Source of the DNA: a bacterium | Lineage (GTDB): Archaea > Thermoplasmatota > E2 > JACPAO01 > JAHFTW01 | Assembly (NCBI GenBank): GCA_040390065.1 | Contig: JAZJZE010000011.1 | Location: 96,001 to 160,000, forward strand | DNA: 64,000 nt | Direction of reading: 5' to 3' | Shown: positions 1 through 9,665 of the stretch, piece by piece | Layout: every line of letters starts with the position of its first letter | How positions within the stretch are numbered: position 1 is the first letter of the stretch | Notes under the pieces: generated by a model | Told to the model about the DNA's origin: nothing | What the model saw: only the letters and a program-made list of their open reading frames with translations | Database searches by the model: none | Translations under genes and position numbers: made by a program

Positions 1-1602
1 ACCATCCGCGTCAACGCGGGAGGCGTACGCTTGATCCATTGCACCGGCGAGGGCGAGAGAGGCCATGGGGCGCCATGTCCTGCCGTCGACGCGGACCTCC
101 AAGGTACTGGCCCTGGCTTCGCCGCCCCTGGCGAGGTGGGTGAGGTTTGGATGCCCGAGACGTAATGCCACCGGTCCCTCCACGGGAGCTAGCCACTTTT
201 CCGGCGCAACGGATTCGCCGTGCGTCGCGGAAACTAGATTCCCGGTCAGGGTCACGCTGGCCGCCTCCAGGTCTTCCGGAGGGCCTTCCGCGAGCCTGAC
301 GAGCCCAGGCTTGAGTCCAGGCTCCGGTGCCACGACGCGCACGACGCTGCTCCAGGTCTCCCCCGGGCGATCAGCGAATGCACCGGCAAGCAGGACATCG
401 GTTCCAACAGGTATCATGACCGGCGTCGCCAGGCGCAGCACCGTCAGCCCTTTCTTGACGGGGTCGTACCGCGGCAGCAAGACGAGGTCCCCAGGGTCCA
501 TGAAAATGCGCGCTACGCCGGCCCTCACCGCGTGCGGCTGCGTGTCCACAGCGCGGGTGAGGTCCAAGACGTGTACGGAAATCGGAGCAAGGTCTGTCGG
601 GCCGCGGGTCAGCATGTGCTGGCCCACGCAATGCCAGCTTGGGGCCGCAGCATCTTCCTCGCTGACCGCGACCCACGGACACGCGAGCGGGAGGTCGAAG
701 CGGCCGTCGACAATGAATCTGGACAAGCCAGCGTCAGGGGGCGGCACCCTTGGCGGGGCCGGCGGCGCCACCGGTGTGGCCGACACGGTGTACTTGCGGT
801 CCGTCCCACCTGACTGGATACGGACTTCGACTGGCGGCGGCGGAGCCGGAGGCGAGTAGGTCGCAACCGTACGGCGGAACCGCAGGACACGAAGGCCATC
901 TGCGCAGTCTGCAACGAAGTCGTCAGCAAACGGTTCGTCCCATTTAATCGTCGTCGAATTGGCGCCCTCCGTCGCGCTCGAGACCACGCGAAGCTGGCCT
1001 CTGGCCCAGTCGAGATTGATTGGGAGAAACAGGAGCGGCTCCCCGCCCTGCAGCGTCAGGCGGCTGCCCTTAATGACGAGCGACAGCGCCGGGCGGCCCT
1101 CGGGGTCGCGCGCCAGCGGAGGCGTGGGGGCGAGCGCCATGCTGGCGAAGCGGTCGTCGGCGACGGCGTCCTCAGAGGTCTCGAAGACCTTCGCTGGGAT
1201 CCCATCCTTGGCCTTCGACTGCACCCTCGTGCCTGCCCGCACGTTCGATGTCGCGCCCTTCTCGGGCTGCAGGGCCACGATGGTGCGGGCAGCCGTTCCG
1301 GGGGCGGGCTCGTAACCAACCTGTCGGGCCAATCGCAGCACGGACTCGGGCTCCTGGGCGGTTCGAATGTAGGACTCGTTGGCGATGCGCTCCTGATAGA
1401 AGGCCACGAGGTCGGCGACTTCCGCCCAGAGGTCGACGACGGCAACGGCGAAATCGTCGCCGCGGCCGACGGTGAGACCCTGCAGAGGTTGCTCGTCGGG
1501 ACCGGTCTTGAACGAATGTAGCCGCCTCCGCATGGAGCGGCGGATGGAGGCGGCGTCGCCCGGGCGGCGAGCCAGTTCGTCGAGACGGGCACGAAGGTCC
1601 AT
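1..1602 (-). CDS. eCIS baseplate wedge protein (baseplate J / Afp11-like), 3'-truncated by window edge
   Basis: Not in the ORF track because it has no stop in the window. Manual translation from ATG 1602 (TGATG overlap with upstream stop): MDLRARLDELARRPGD...DDFAVAVVDLWAEVADLVAFYQERIANESYIRTAQEPESVLRLARQVGYEPAPG, the typical N-terminus of CIS baseplate assembly proteins. Confidence 0.88.
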   Translation of the reverse strand, partial: MDLRARLDELARRPGDAASIRRSMRRRLHSFKTGPDEQPLQGLTVGRGDDFAVAVVDLWAEVADLVAFYQERIANESYIRTAQEPESVLRLARQVGYEPAPGTAARTIVALQPEKGATSNVRAGTRVQSKAKDGIPAKVFETSEDAVADDRFASMALAPTPPLARDPEGRPALSLVIKGSRLTLQGGEPLLFLPINLDWARGQLRVVSSATEGANSTTIKWDEPFADDFVADCADGLRVLRFRRTVATYSPPAPPPPVEVRIQSGGTDRKYTVSATPVAPPAPPRVPPPDAGLSRFIVDGRFDLPLACPWVAVSEEDAAAPSWHCVGQHMLTRGPTDLAPISVHVLDLTRAVDTQPHAVRAGVARIFMDPGDLVLLPRYDPVKKGLTVLRLATPVMIPVGTDVLLAGAFADRPGETWSSVVRVVAPEPGLKPGLVRLAEGPPEDLEAASVTLTGNLVSATHGESVAPEKWLAPVEGPVALRLGHPNLTHLARGGEARASTLEVRVDGRTWRPMASLALAGAMDQAYASRVDADG

Positions 1603-4004
1603 CACGAGGATTCCCCCTCCGGCCGCACGACCAGTCCGTCGGCCCTTCCTTCCAGGCTTCCCTCCAGGACGAGGATTTCGTCCTCCCCCGCGCTTAGGTG
1701 GTCGCGGATTCCAGATCTGCCGGCGATGTCGAAGCGCGTCGCACGGCACGCAACGACGCCGCCTACGCCATGCGCCGTGACGTAGACCTGGCTGAGGGCG
1801 ATCTCGTTGCGAAACGCCCAAGCTTCCGGCCCCATTGGTGCCTTGGGCGCAAGGAGTGCACGCCGGACGGCATCGCAGACGTCCCGGGCATGATGCCCTG
1901 GCGCCACGACGATTGACACGTGGACCTCGTAGGGCATCCATGCCGGCGGACGGACGTGGACTCTGGTGCCGACGGGGACCACCCCGTCCAGCCACTCGGC
2001 GACGGACTTACACAGTTCGTTGGGCTTGGCGCGCCAGGGATCCTTGCCGAGAACAGCGATCCGCGCCGTCTGGCCGGCGCCGTCGAACACCAGGTCGGCG
2101 GCGGCGGCCTGTACCCGGGGATGGCTCAGGGCCTGCCGTCCAAGGCCGGCTCCATCAATTGCAAACAGGGTCTCCGTACGGAACCACAAGGGCGCAAGGG
2201 CACGCACCTCGTCGAGAGGCTGCGAATCCGTACCGCCGCGAGCTGCTATGGGGTTGCGCACCGCCGGACAGCGGTCTGGCCCCGCCTTGAGTTCCAACCC
2301 ACCCGGTTGTGCCATGATGTGGACGAGGGCATCGGCTCCGAGGTTGCCGGCGGCGCCCATGCCGATGCTGTACCTGCAAATGACACGGTCGCCGGGGGCG
2401 GGCGCGCGGCCGAGCTCGCCGTCGCCGAAGCGCAGGACCGAATGCCCGTCCTCCTCTGACTCGACGGTGAAGTGATTGTCGAACGGGCCGCTGTCGAAGA
2501 GGTGGCGGCGCCACGTCCAGATGCGTTCCCGGCCCGCGTGCTTGGTCGTAAGGTGGACGATGGGCTGAGCCCGATGCGGGGGCGCGTCGAATACGTCCGC
2601 GACGCTGGCCCACGGGTCGAGCGGCACGGCCTGGCTGAGGGGCCCGGTCCCCAACGGCAGTGGCGAGGCGGAATACAGGCCATCGCTCGTCTGGCCGGGA
2701 CGGCCTTGGTCGGCGACGACGAGGTTGCCCGAGGCGACGGCGGTGTGGATGCGCTGGCCGTCCGGCGTGCGCGTCACGACGTCGAGGGCGCGTGGCAGGC
2801 GATCGGCCAAGTCCCAGTGAACGGCCGTCAGCGGGCGTCGGGTCACGGGGTCGTAGGACGGCTCGACGCGCCTTACGCGCACCACCCAACGGAAGAGCGC
2901 CCCCGCCTCCCCCGCGGCCGTATCTTCCGAAGCAATTTCCTCCAGGAGAAGTAGGCTGCCGGGTTGGATGACTGCCAGCCAGTCACCGTCGAGGTCGACG
3001 GACGTGGCTCCGGCCGGCAGGTTACACGTGTCCATGCCCCAGTCGTAGATGTCGAAGTCATTGGCTTGCGGCACGAGCCGGACGGCCTGGGCGGTCCGGA
3101 AAGCGACGAGGTCCCGGCGGTCTTCAAGCAGCTTGAACTGTTCCTCGGTCACAGCGGCACCGCGGATGCCCGCGCGCTCCTCGGCGTTGCCGGCGAGGGC
3201 GTTGAAGGCAATGGTACCCGCGGGAAGTGTTGCCTCCGCGTCCACCCGGACCTGCAGGATCGTCCGTGCGCTGATTCCGTCGTGCATTTGGTAATCGAGG
3301 AGTCGGGCGTGGCGCCGGACCGACGACCGCCGCATCGCGGTTTCCAGGCTCGCCTCCCCAGCCACGGCATCCTGGTAGAAACTGAGCTGGTCCGCCGCAT
3401 GTGCAAGGATCTCGATGATGGCCATGCCGACGTCGGCCTCGCGCCGTTCGGACCAGCCGGGCAAGGTTTGGCGAAGGCGGTCGAGCAGGGCCTTGCGAAA
3501 GCCGGCATAATCGCGTGACGCAGGCACGAGGGTCGGCGCGGGGGGGCGGCGGGCGTCTAGCTCGGCCAGCCGTGGTTCGCCGACCCCTCCGGCCGCGTGG
3601 TCGAAGGCGATGGGCACCACGGAATACGCCGGGTCCGCCTGGGCCCATCGTCCGCTGCTCGTTGGCAAGGTTCCAATGCGTACGCGGTAGCTCGCGCCTG
3701 CGTCGAGTCCGGAAACCCGGGCCATCAGGTCGTCGGCGTCGATGCGGACGGTCTCCACCTTCGGGTGAGGCAACAACGGGTCGGTCGCTTCCACGGTGAC
3801 CCCGCCTGGATGGGAGGCCAGCCATTGGAGGCCGCGTCGCGCCGGCGGCGCCTGCACGTCGCCGAGGAGATGAATGCGCACCAAGTATCGGCCGCCATCC
3901 GTCGGCGAAGCCGTCGCAAAGTCGAGGCCGATTGCCCGCTTTCCGGTTGCGACCTCCGCTCGGCGTTTATCGTCATCACCGGCCAGGTCCTGAAAGGGCG
4001 TCAC
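1602..4004 (-). CDS. eCIS putative baseplate assembly protein (baseplate J-like, Afp11/12 class)
   Basis: 800 aa. Motifs RDYAGFRKALLD, ADVGMAIIEILAHAADQLSFYQDAVAGEASLETA..RSSVRRHARLLDY, LRFGDGELGRAP, GMGAAGN, VRNPIAARGGTD. Confidence 0.9.
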   Translation of the reverse strand: MTPFQDLAGDDDKRRAEVATGKRAIGLDFATASPTDGGRYLVRIHLLGDVQAPPARRGLQWLASHPGGVTVEATDPLLPHPKVETVRIDADDLMARVSGLDAGASYRVRIGTLPTSSGRWAQADPAYSVVPIAFDHAAGGVGEPRLAELDARRPPAPTLVPASRDYAGFRKALLDRLRQTLPGWSERREADVGMAIIEILAHAADQLSFYQDAVAGEASLETAMRRSSVRRHARLLDYQMHDGISARTILQVRVDAEATLPAGTIAFNALAGNAEERAGIRGAAVTEEQFKLLEDRRDLVAFRTAQAVRLVPQANDFDIYDWGMDTCNLPAGATSVDLDGDWLAVIQPGSLLLLEEIASEDTAAGEAGALFRWVVRVRRVEPSYDPVTRRPLTAVHWDLADRLPRALDVVTRTPDGQRIHTAVASGNLVVADQGRPGQTSDGLYSASPLPLGTGPLSQAVPLDPWASVADVFDAPPHRAQPIVHLTTKHAGRERIWTWRRHLFDSGPFDNHFTVESEEDGHSVLRFGDGELGRAPAPGDRVICRYSIGMGAAGNLGADALVHIMAQPGGLELKAGPDRCPAVRNPIAARGGTDSQPLDEVRALAPLWFRTETLFAIDGAGLGRQALSHPRVQAAAADLVFDGAGQTARIAVLGKDPWRAKPNELCKSVAEWLDGVVPVGTRVHVRPPAWMPYEVHVSIVVAPGHHARDVCDAVRRALLAPKAPMGPEAWAFRNEIALSQVYVTAHGVGGVVACRATRFDIAGRSGIRDHLSAGEDEILVLEGSLEGRADGLVVRPEGESS

Positions 4005-4378
4005 TGGCCACCCCCCTCAGGCCGCCCGGCGTCGAAGCGCAGTCGCTCGGCGTCGCCGGTTCGGCGGATTCGGTATGCGACGTCCACCACCAACTTCTCC
4101 CCCGGGTTGGTGATGCGCACGTCATCGACCGTGATGATGTCGCCGAGCCATCGGTCGAGGGCTCCGATGACAAGCACGCGCGTCGCTGCGGCCAGGGCGT
4201 CGCTGTTGGGCGCGAAAACCAAGCGATCCAGGCCGCAGCCGAATTCCGGCAGGTTGACGCGCTCCCCCGGCGCCGTGAAGAGGACCTGCCGGACCATTTG
4301 CGCCACGTGCTGGTCAGGGCCGGCCCTAGCCGTACGCCCGGACGAATCCACGTGGAAGGGGTGGCTCACTTGGGCCAT
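4001..4378 (-). CDS. GPW/gp25 family baseplate protein (Afp9-like)
   Basis: 125 aa with VRQVLFTAPGERVNLPEFGCGL, the gp25 signature. Confidence 0.93.
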   Translation of the reverse strand: MAQVSHPFHVDSSGRTARAGPDQHVAQMVRQVLFTAPGERVNLPEFGCGLDRLVFAPNSDALAAATRVLVIGALDRWLGDIITVDDVRITNPGEKLVVDVAYRIRRTGDAERLRFDAGRPEGGGQ

Positions 4379-4379
4379 A

Positions 4380-4712
4380 CTACGTCGCCTCCACCATCGG
4401 CTGCACGCCCGCTACAAGGGCGGGGACGGGCGGGCCCCCCGCCTCGGAGATGCAGATGCCGATGCTCGTCTGCAGCAGGACGGGTCGGCCGAGAACGTGC
4501 GTTCGAATGGACGGGTTTGTCCACACAATGGTCGTGCAGGGGGCGGGCTTCGGCCCCAGGGTGAAGGTGCATCCCAGCACGTTCCATCGGTCGCCAAAGA
4601 CGAGCGCAGGGCTGCCGGCCACGAGCACGCGCGTGTTTGTGTTGACGGGCATGCCGACGCCGCCGTGCGGGCACTGCACGGTGCAGCCAAGTTGCAGGAT
4701 TGGAGCTGCCAT
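4380..4712 (-). CDS. PAAR-like / DUF4280-like spike tip protein (Afp10-like)
   Basis: True start is ATG 4712 (TGATG overlap), 110 aa. MAAPILQLGCTVQCPHGG...GCTF...PAPC; Cys/His metal-binding pattern, located between spike and gp25. Confidence 0.8.
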   Translation of the reverse strand: MAAPILQLGCTVQCPHGGVGMPVNTNTRVLVAGSPALVFGDRWNVLGCTFTLGPKPAPCTTIVWTNPSIRTHVLGRPVLLQTSIGICISEAGGPPVPALVAGVQPMVEAT

Positions 4713-5326
4713 CAGAAGACCTCCAATGCGCCGCCATTGATGCACGTCGATGCGGGACCGACCTCGACCGACTGGGTTCCGGCCCGGATCGCAATCGAGG
4801 ACGCCTGGAGGGTTACCGTCTTGTCGCCCTTGGAGATCTCGACGGAGGCTGCGGACATGGTCACCTTCTGGCCGTGGCTGTCCTCGATTTGGATGCCATC
4901 CGTGTCCAACCGCACCTTCTGCCCGTTTGCATCCGTCACCGTGACGGACTTGCCGTCGTCGTCGAATGCCAGGCTGTGACCTGATTGCGTCTTCAGGATG
5001 CGCAGAGTGGTCGGGGCCGCCTGGGGAACCTGGCCATCCCCCCACCAGCAGCCGGACCAGATGGGGCGGGAGGGGTCGCCCGCTTCGAACTCAATCCAGA
5101 CCCCGGACCCCGGTTCAGGGATGGTGAATAGCCCGACCCCGTCACCGGCGTACGGCATGCAGGGGTAGGCCCAGCCAGATGGGTGGTCGCCGAGCACCTC
5201 CGGGACGCGCGCGCGCAGGCGGCCGCGGCCGGATGGGTCCTGGTTGTCCGTTACGAGCCCTCGGTACTTGCCGAAGTGCCGTACGGCTTCAGGGCCATCC
5301 AGGGACTGTGTCATGATCCTGCTCAT
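4712..5326 (-). CDS. Phage baseplate assembly protein V / gp5 OB-fold spike (C-terminal half of VgrG/Afp8)
   Basis: FGKYRGLVTDNQDPSGRGRLRARVPEV...WAYPCMPYAG...PEPGSGVWIEFEAGDPSRPIWSG followed by beta-helix repeats. Start 5326 chosen from ATGA overlap. Confidence 0.92.
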   Translation of the reverse strand: MSRIMTQSLDGPEAVRHFGKYRGLVTDNQDPSGRGRLRARVPEVLGDHPSGWAYPCMPYAGDGVGLFTIPEPGSGVWIEFEAGDPSRPIWSGCWWGDGQVPQAAPTTLRILKTQSGHSLAFDDDGKSVTVTDANGQKVRLDTDGIQIEDSHGQKVTMSAASVEISKGDKTVTLQASSIAIRAGTQSVEVGPASTCINGGALEVF

Positions 5327-6414
5327 GGCGACACCTCGCGGGCGCGAAGCGCGTTGCGTGATAGCGTGAACCAAACGCGGTACCCGGTTTGCTCGAAGAG
5401 GTGCGTGACCGTTTCGACGTAGTACGTGCCGCTGAACCGTTCGCCCACTCCCCGCAAAGCCACCGTGCGGTGGGCGCGCAGGACGGCGCGGTAGACGGCC
5501 GGCTCCAGTTCGCCTTCGGCGGTGAGCGAGACGGCGGACACGTCGACCGTGGCCTGCGCCCAGCGGCGCAGCTCGGCCTGGTCGACCAATCCGGATCTGG
5601 AGAGGAGCATGGTGCGCGCGGCGCCACCGATGAGTGTCGACTCTTCGCCGAGTGCGGGGCGCGAGGTGCGGTCCTGTGCGCCCTCCTGAACTTCGAGGGT
5701 TGCAATGCGAATTGACCGTGCCGTCGCCGCCGCCGGGCGCAGCAGATCATGCCGGATGCGTAGCGACAGAAGGGAGCTCGCTTCTCCGCGAGCCATCTGA
5801 AGAACGCCTTGCGGGCGTGCGTCAAATGCCGGCGCGTGGAAGTGCCCCTTGATGGTGCCCGAGGAGGGGTCTTTCTCGACGTAGCATTCGAAGCCGTTTC
5901 GCGTCGCCAGTTGGCGTAGGAACTGCAAATCGGTGCCATGCTGTGTGGTCACACGCTCGGTCGCGGGCTGCGCGGCTTCGGTCTCGTTGACCACGGGATC
6001 CATTTGGGCTGCCCTGAAGATGGCCGCAGCGATGTCGCCATCCGTCCGGTCGGGCCAAGGCCGGGCCTTGTCCTCGAGCTGCAGGCGCACGGAAGGGTCC
6101 ATGCATGTCACCTCGACCGAGCAGAGCCCGGTTTCGCGCGGGAAGGCGACCTGGACATCGACGACGTGGCCATGGAATATGCTTTCGAAGGTGCGCCCGA
6201 TTTGGGCCTCGACATCGACTTGCGCGAGCCTGCCCATACGCCCGCCTTCCAGGAGAGCCCACACGGGATCCGCTCCGTTCGCGTCGGCGGCAAACGTTAG
6301 GCGAGCCATGGAGGTCAAGCGCGACTGGTCCTCGACCTCGACGCTTGTAAGCGATGATGTGGCCTCATCGTCCAGCGGCTGGCCTTCAAGCAGGACTCGG
6401 TAGCCGACGCGCAA
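5323..6414 (-). CDS. Phage late control D / gp27-like baseplate hub (N-terminal half of VgrG/Afp8)
   Basis: 363 aa. Q..TDLQFLRQLATRNGFECYV and LRGVGERFSGTYYVETVTH motifs. Confidence 0.88.
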   Translation of the reverse strand: MRVGYRVLLEGQPLDDEATSSLTSVEVEDQSRLTSMARLTFAADANGADPVWALLEGGRMGRLAQVDVEAQIGRTFESIFHGHVVDVQVAFPRETGLCSVEVTCMDPSVRLQLEDKARPWPDRTDGDIAAAIFRAAQMDPVVNETEAAQPATERVTTQHGTDLQFLRQLATRNGFECYVEKDPSSGTIKGHFHAPAFDARPQGVLQMARGEASSLLSLRIRHDLLRPAAATARSIRIATLEVQEGAQDRTSRPALGEESTLIGGAARTMLLSRSGLVDQAELRRWAQATVDVSAVSLTAEGELEPAVYRAVLRAHRTVALRGVGERFSGTYYVETVTHLFEQTGYRVWFTLSRNALRAREVSP

Positions 6415-6416
6415 GG

Positions 6417-6707
6417 CTACCGCCCCCCGCGCGGGATGTGCAGCCGGCGCCCTTCGCCAGCAAGGTCACCAGGCCAGAGCGCAGCGTTCGCGTCGGCGAT
6501 GCGCCACCACTGCGTGGGGTCGGCCATGAACCGTTGAGCTATGTGGTCGAGGCGCTCGCCGGGGGCCACCATGTGCTGTTCCTGGTGGCCGTCGAGTGGG
6601 GGGCGCCGGAACCGGATCCCGGGATACGGGTGCTCTTGGCCGTCCTCATCCATGTATCCAAGCTCCGCAACGCCATGGTAGCGGCTCTCCTTACCAACGC
6701 CCTTCAC
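6417..6707 (-). CDS. LysM-like / tail-X small protein (Afp7 C-terminal-like)
   Basis: 96 aa. HMVAPGERLDHIAQRFMADPTQWWRIADAN...GRRLHIP. Confidence 0.85.
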   Translation of the reverse strand: MKGVGKESRYHGVAELGYMDEDGQEHPYPGIRFRRPPLDGHQEQHMVAPGERLDHIAQRFMADPTQWWRIADANAALWPGDLAGEGRRLHIPRGGR

Positions 6708-7381
6708 TGGGGAAGCACCCCCGCGACGTACCTGGTGCCATCGGAGGAGTACGGCTGGCCGGCCACAATCTCCCGGTTGCGCACGTGGCCGCGGAAGGCC
6801 AAATGGCCAATCCCTTGGGCGGCAAGCTCGCGACCGCTGAGCATCTCGAGGTTCAAGGAGACCTCCACGAGGAGGGGGTTGAAGCGGGCGTCATGGAGTG
6901 TCTCCTCGGCCGCAACGTCCAAGACCTTCACTGGAACGACGCGGTTCGGCCCCAGGACGAGCAGGACGAGGGGCACGTGGAAGGCAAACGGGTTGACGTG
7001 CCCCTGGGAGGCTTCGGACCTGGCGCGCTCTAGTTCGTCGCTCGACGGAGACACGAGCATCTGTAATCGCGCCAGTGCGGGCAGCATCCCGAAACGCGAG
7101 ACGCCGTCCCCGTTGTTCGATGTCTCTTTCAGCTCCGCGGCGTCGAGGCGGATGCGCAGGCTGATGGTCTCGGACGGAGGGCCGGCCACGCGCAGGGAGT
7201 CCTGCGGCGACTCCTGCGATCCAGCGGAGTCGTTGCGTCGGACCGACCAACTGACGGTGTCCGGATTGTATTGGAACGGCATGACCGTGGGCGGGGTGCC
7301 TGGCTTGTCGACCACGTACGTGACGAGGGCACCCTTGACGAGGGCAAGGTGCTTTGGGGAGTCCACGGACATTGGGGACAT
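6704..7381 (-). CDS. CIS tube-initiator protein (Afp7 N-terminal-like)
   Basis: Start reassigned to ATG 7381 (TGATG overlap). KGALV...FQYNPDTV, ETISLRIRLDA, PLVLLVLGPNRVVPV...EETLHDARFNP. Confidence 0.8.
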   Translation of the reverse strand: MSPMSVDSPKHLALVKGALVTYVVDKPGTPPTVMPFQYNPDTVSWSVRRNDSAGSQESPQDSLRVAGPPSETISLRIRLDAAELKETSNNGDGVSRFGMLPALARLQMLVSPSSDELERARSEASQGHVNPFAFHVPLVLLVLGPNRVVPVKVLDVAAEETLHDARFNPLLVEVSLNLEMLSGRELAAQGIGHLAFRGHVRNREIVAGQPYSSDGTRYVAGVLPQ

Positions 7382-7563
7382 CACGTCCCTCCACGCTGGC
7401 GGCGGCCGGCGCTCAGTACGGACGTTGTAACGGCGTGCGTGATGGCCGCCCTGGCGTGGGTGGGCCCGCCGTCGCGCAGGGCCGACGCAACCGCCTTTGC
7501 CACCGCGCGCTGCATGTCGCTCTTGCCCGCCCCGTAGGCCACCCGGATTTGGCCGATGCGCAC
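7381..7563 (-). CDS. Small eCIS-associated hypothetical protein
   Basis: 60 aa, exactly fills the gap between the ATPase stop (7569) and the tube-initiator start. N-terminal RIGQIRV resembles the IGRV motif ending the 10873-12381 protein. Confidence 0.55.
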   Translation of the reverse strand: MRIGQIRVAYGAGKSDMQRAVAKAVASALRDGGPTHARAAITHAVTTSVLSAGRRQRGGT

Positions 7564-7568
7564 TCGGG

Positions 7569-9665
7569 TCAGGTCTGCGCCCCCTTGGTTGCTCGCCCGG
7601 CCGGCGGTAGGCGGTCCATCTTCTCGAATTCCTGGTCCGTGGAGCGCAGGACGTGGTCCATGGTGACGGTTCCGCCGTCGGCGGCCGCGAGGAAGGCCGC
7701 ATTGAGGGCCGCGTTTCGGATGCTTCCCCCCGCAAGGTCAAGTCGCGCAAGGCGGGCGAAGTCGAGGCCCCGCGTGGGGACGGCCTTGCCGAAGGACCGC
7801 ATCCAAATGCGGTTGCGCAGCTCGGGGCCCGGGGTGGGGAAGTCGACGACGAATCGAAGGCGCCGCAGGAACGCGCGGTCGATGTCCGCTTTGCGGTTGG
7901 TCGCTAGGATGGCAAGCCCATGGTAGTCTTCCATGCGCTGCAGGAGGTAGTCAATCTCGAGGTTGGCATACCGGTCGTGACTGTCGCGTACCTCGGACCG
8001 CTTTCCGAAGATGGCGTCGGCCTCATCGAAGAAAAGTATGCAACCCGCGCGTTCGGCACCGTCAAAGACGCGCTCCAGGTTCTTTTCCGTCTCGCCGATG
8101 TACTTGCTCACCAAGGCCGCGACGTTGACTTTCTGCATCGTCAGGCCTAGGGTGTGGGCCAGGACTTCGGCTGCGAGGGTCTTGCCAGTCCCGCTTGACC
8201 CCGAGAACAGGGCCGTGATGCCGCGGCCGCGCGGCCCACGGGCCATGCCCCATGCACCGTACACCAGGGCGCGCGAGCGGACCTGGTCCACAATCGCTTG
8301 GAGATTTCGACGGCAGGTTTCGGGGACCTCGAGATCGTCCCATCCATGCACCGGTTCGATGGGCGTGGCCAGGCCCCGCAACGCCGACGCTGCTTGTTCG
8401 TAGCAGGCCCTCCGGAGGGCGTCCGCCTCGACGACGGCGGGACCGGACGGGTTCGCGGCGCGCGCCGAGGCGACAACCGCAGCGATCTCGCTCGGGCTCA
8501 GGCGAAGGCTGTGAGCGAGATCTTTGATTGTATCGGCTTGGGCGTCGGCAGCCTCGCCGAGCACGAGTCGCCATTGTTCCGCTTGGTCGTCGGGGCTTGG
8601 GGGTGCCAGGGATACGAGGACTGCCGCACTCCCCGGACGCCAGACACCAGTTCCGGTGGCGACGGCTAGCCGGGGGCTGGCGTAGGCGAGGTCGGACCAG
8701 GCCAGTCCGGGCCCGCCTTCCTTGGTCTCAATCGCGTAGGCAACCGAATGGAGAAGGGCGTGCCGGCGCAGCGCGGCAAGGGCGGCGCGACGCTGCAGGA
8801 ACTCTGCCGGCACGGCGCCCGTATCGATGAGGCGCAGTGACAGGCCGAGCTGGTCAGCCACGTGGGCTGCCACGTCTAGCACGCCACTTGCCGCCGGGCC
8901 GGTAACCACGAGGGCGCGCATGCCGGAGCGGCGCAGGGCGCCCGCGCCCTCCGCGGCCTTCTGACGCTGCGCGCGGGCGAGGGATTGGCACACGATTGGC
9001 GTCGTGAAGGCTTCAATCTCGGCCGGGGGCATCGTTTCGCCGAGAAGAAAAGCGAATGCCGAGTCGTCGAGGACAAAACCGCACGTCGGCGACGTGGGAT
9101 CCCCCACGACCGAGACTAGACCGTTCCACCGCAGGGGACTGGACGCAGCAAAACCCAGGGGCCTCGCCGCCTCCGGAAACAGCGCTGCCGCGAGGGCGGG
9201 CGTCGGATACGGAAGGGCTGCATCGTCATTTGCGTAGGCAAGCAGGCGCGCGACGGCAGGGTCCAGGCGGCCCGCGAGGCAGAGGGCGAGCACTTTGCGG
9301 TCGAAGGCATCGAGGCCTACGCATGCGCACAGCTGGTCGAGCTCGCGGGACGGTGCAGCCGTCGGCCCAACGGCATCGGCATCAAGGGCGGCAAGTTTGC
9401 GGCCGACGCCGGCGGCTGGCTCGGTGGCGAACAAGGCACGGCGCCGCTCCTCAAGGGGGCCGGCCAGGATTTGGTCGATGCTTGCGTCAGTGAGGACGCC
9501 GCTGCCAGACCGCGCCAAGGGATCTTCGCTCCAAAGGCTGCGCAGCCACAGGATGTGCCGGTGAAGCAACAGCCGCGCGCGTTCTGATTCTACGACGCGC
9601 CAATCCCGGGGCGTGGCCGTCTTTGCCACCGTGATGAGGGACACGCCGTTCGATGACGACCTCAC
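7569..9665 (-). CDS. AAA+ ATPase (Afp15/Pvc15-like)
   Basis: Walker A GSSGTGKT, VSKYIGETEKNL, Walker B ILFFDEADAIFGKR, DRYANLEIDYLLQRME, AFLRRL. Start reassigned to GTG 9665 (GTGA overlap). Confidence 0.93.
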   Translation of the reverse strand: MRSSSNGVSLITVAKTATPRDWRVVESERARLLLHRHILWLRSLWSEDPLARSGSGVLTDASIDQILAGPLEERRRALFATEPAAGVGRKLAALDADAVGPTAAPSRELDQLCACVGLDAFDRKVLALCLAGRLDPAVARLLAYANDDAALPYPTPALAAALFPEAARPLGFAASSPLRWNGLVSVVGDPTSPTCGFVLDDSAFAFLLGETMPPAEIEAFTTPIVCQSLARAQRQKAAEGAGALRRSGMRALVVTGPAASGVLDVAAHVADQLGLSLRLIDTGAVPAEFLQRRAALAALRRHALLHSVAYAIETKEGGPGLAWSDLAYASPRLAVATGTGVWRPGSAAVLVSLAPPSPDDQAEQWRLVLGEAADAQADTIKDLAHSLRLSPSEIAAVVASARAANPSGPAVVEADALRRACYEQAASALRGLATPIEPVHGWDDLEVPETCRRNLQAIVDQVRSRALVYGAWGMARGPRGRGITALFSGSSGTGKTLAAEVLAHTLGLTMQKVNVAALVSKYIGETEKNLERVFDGAERAGCILFFDEADAIFGKRSEVRDSHDRYANLEIDYLLQRMEDYHGLAILATNRKADIDRAFLRRLRFVVDFPTPGPELRNRIWMRSFGKAVPTRGLDFARLARLDLAGGSIRNAALNAAFLAAADGGTVTMDHVLRSTDQEFEKMDRLPPAGRATKGAQT

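Noticed and set aside
3597-4979. 460-aa plus-strand ORF and similar long ORFs opposite eCIS, hut and suc genes (e.g. 10886-12121, 48470-50362, 52424-53932)
   Set aside because: They overlap well-supported genes on the other strand and have no motifs; expected in high-GC DNA.
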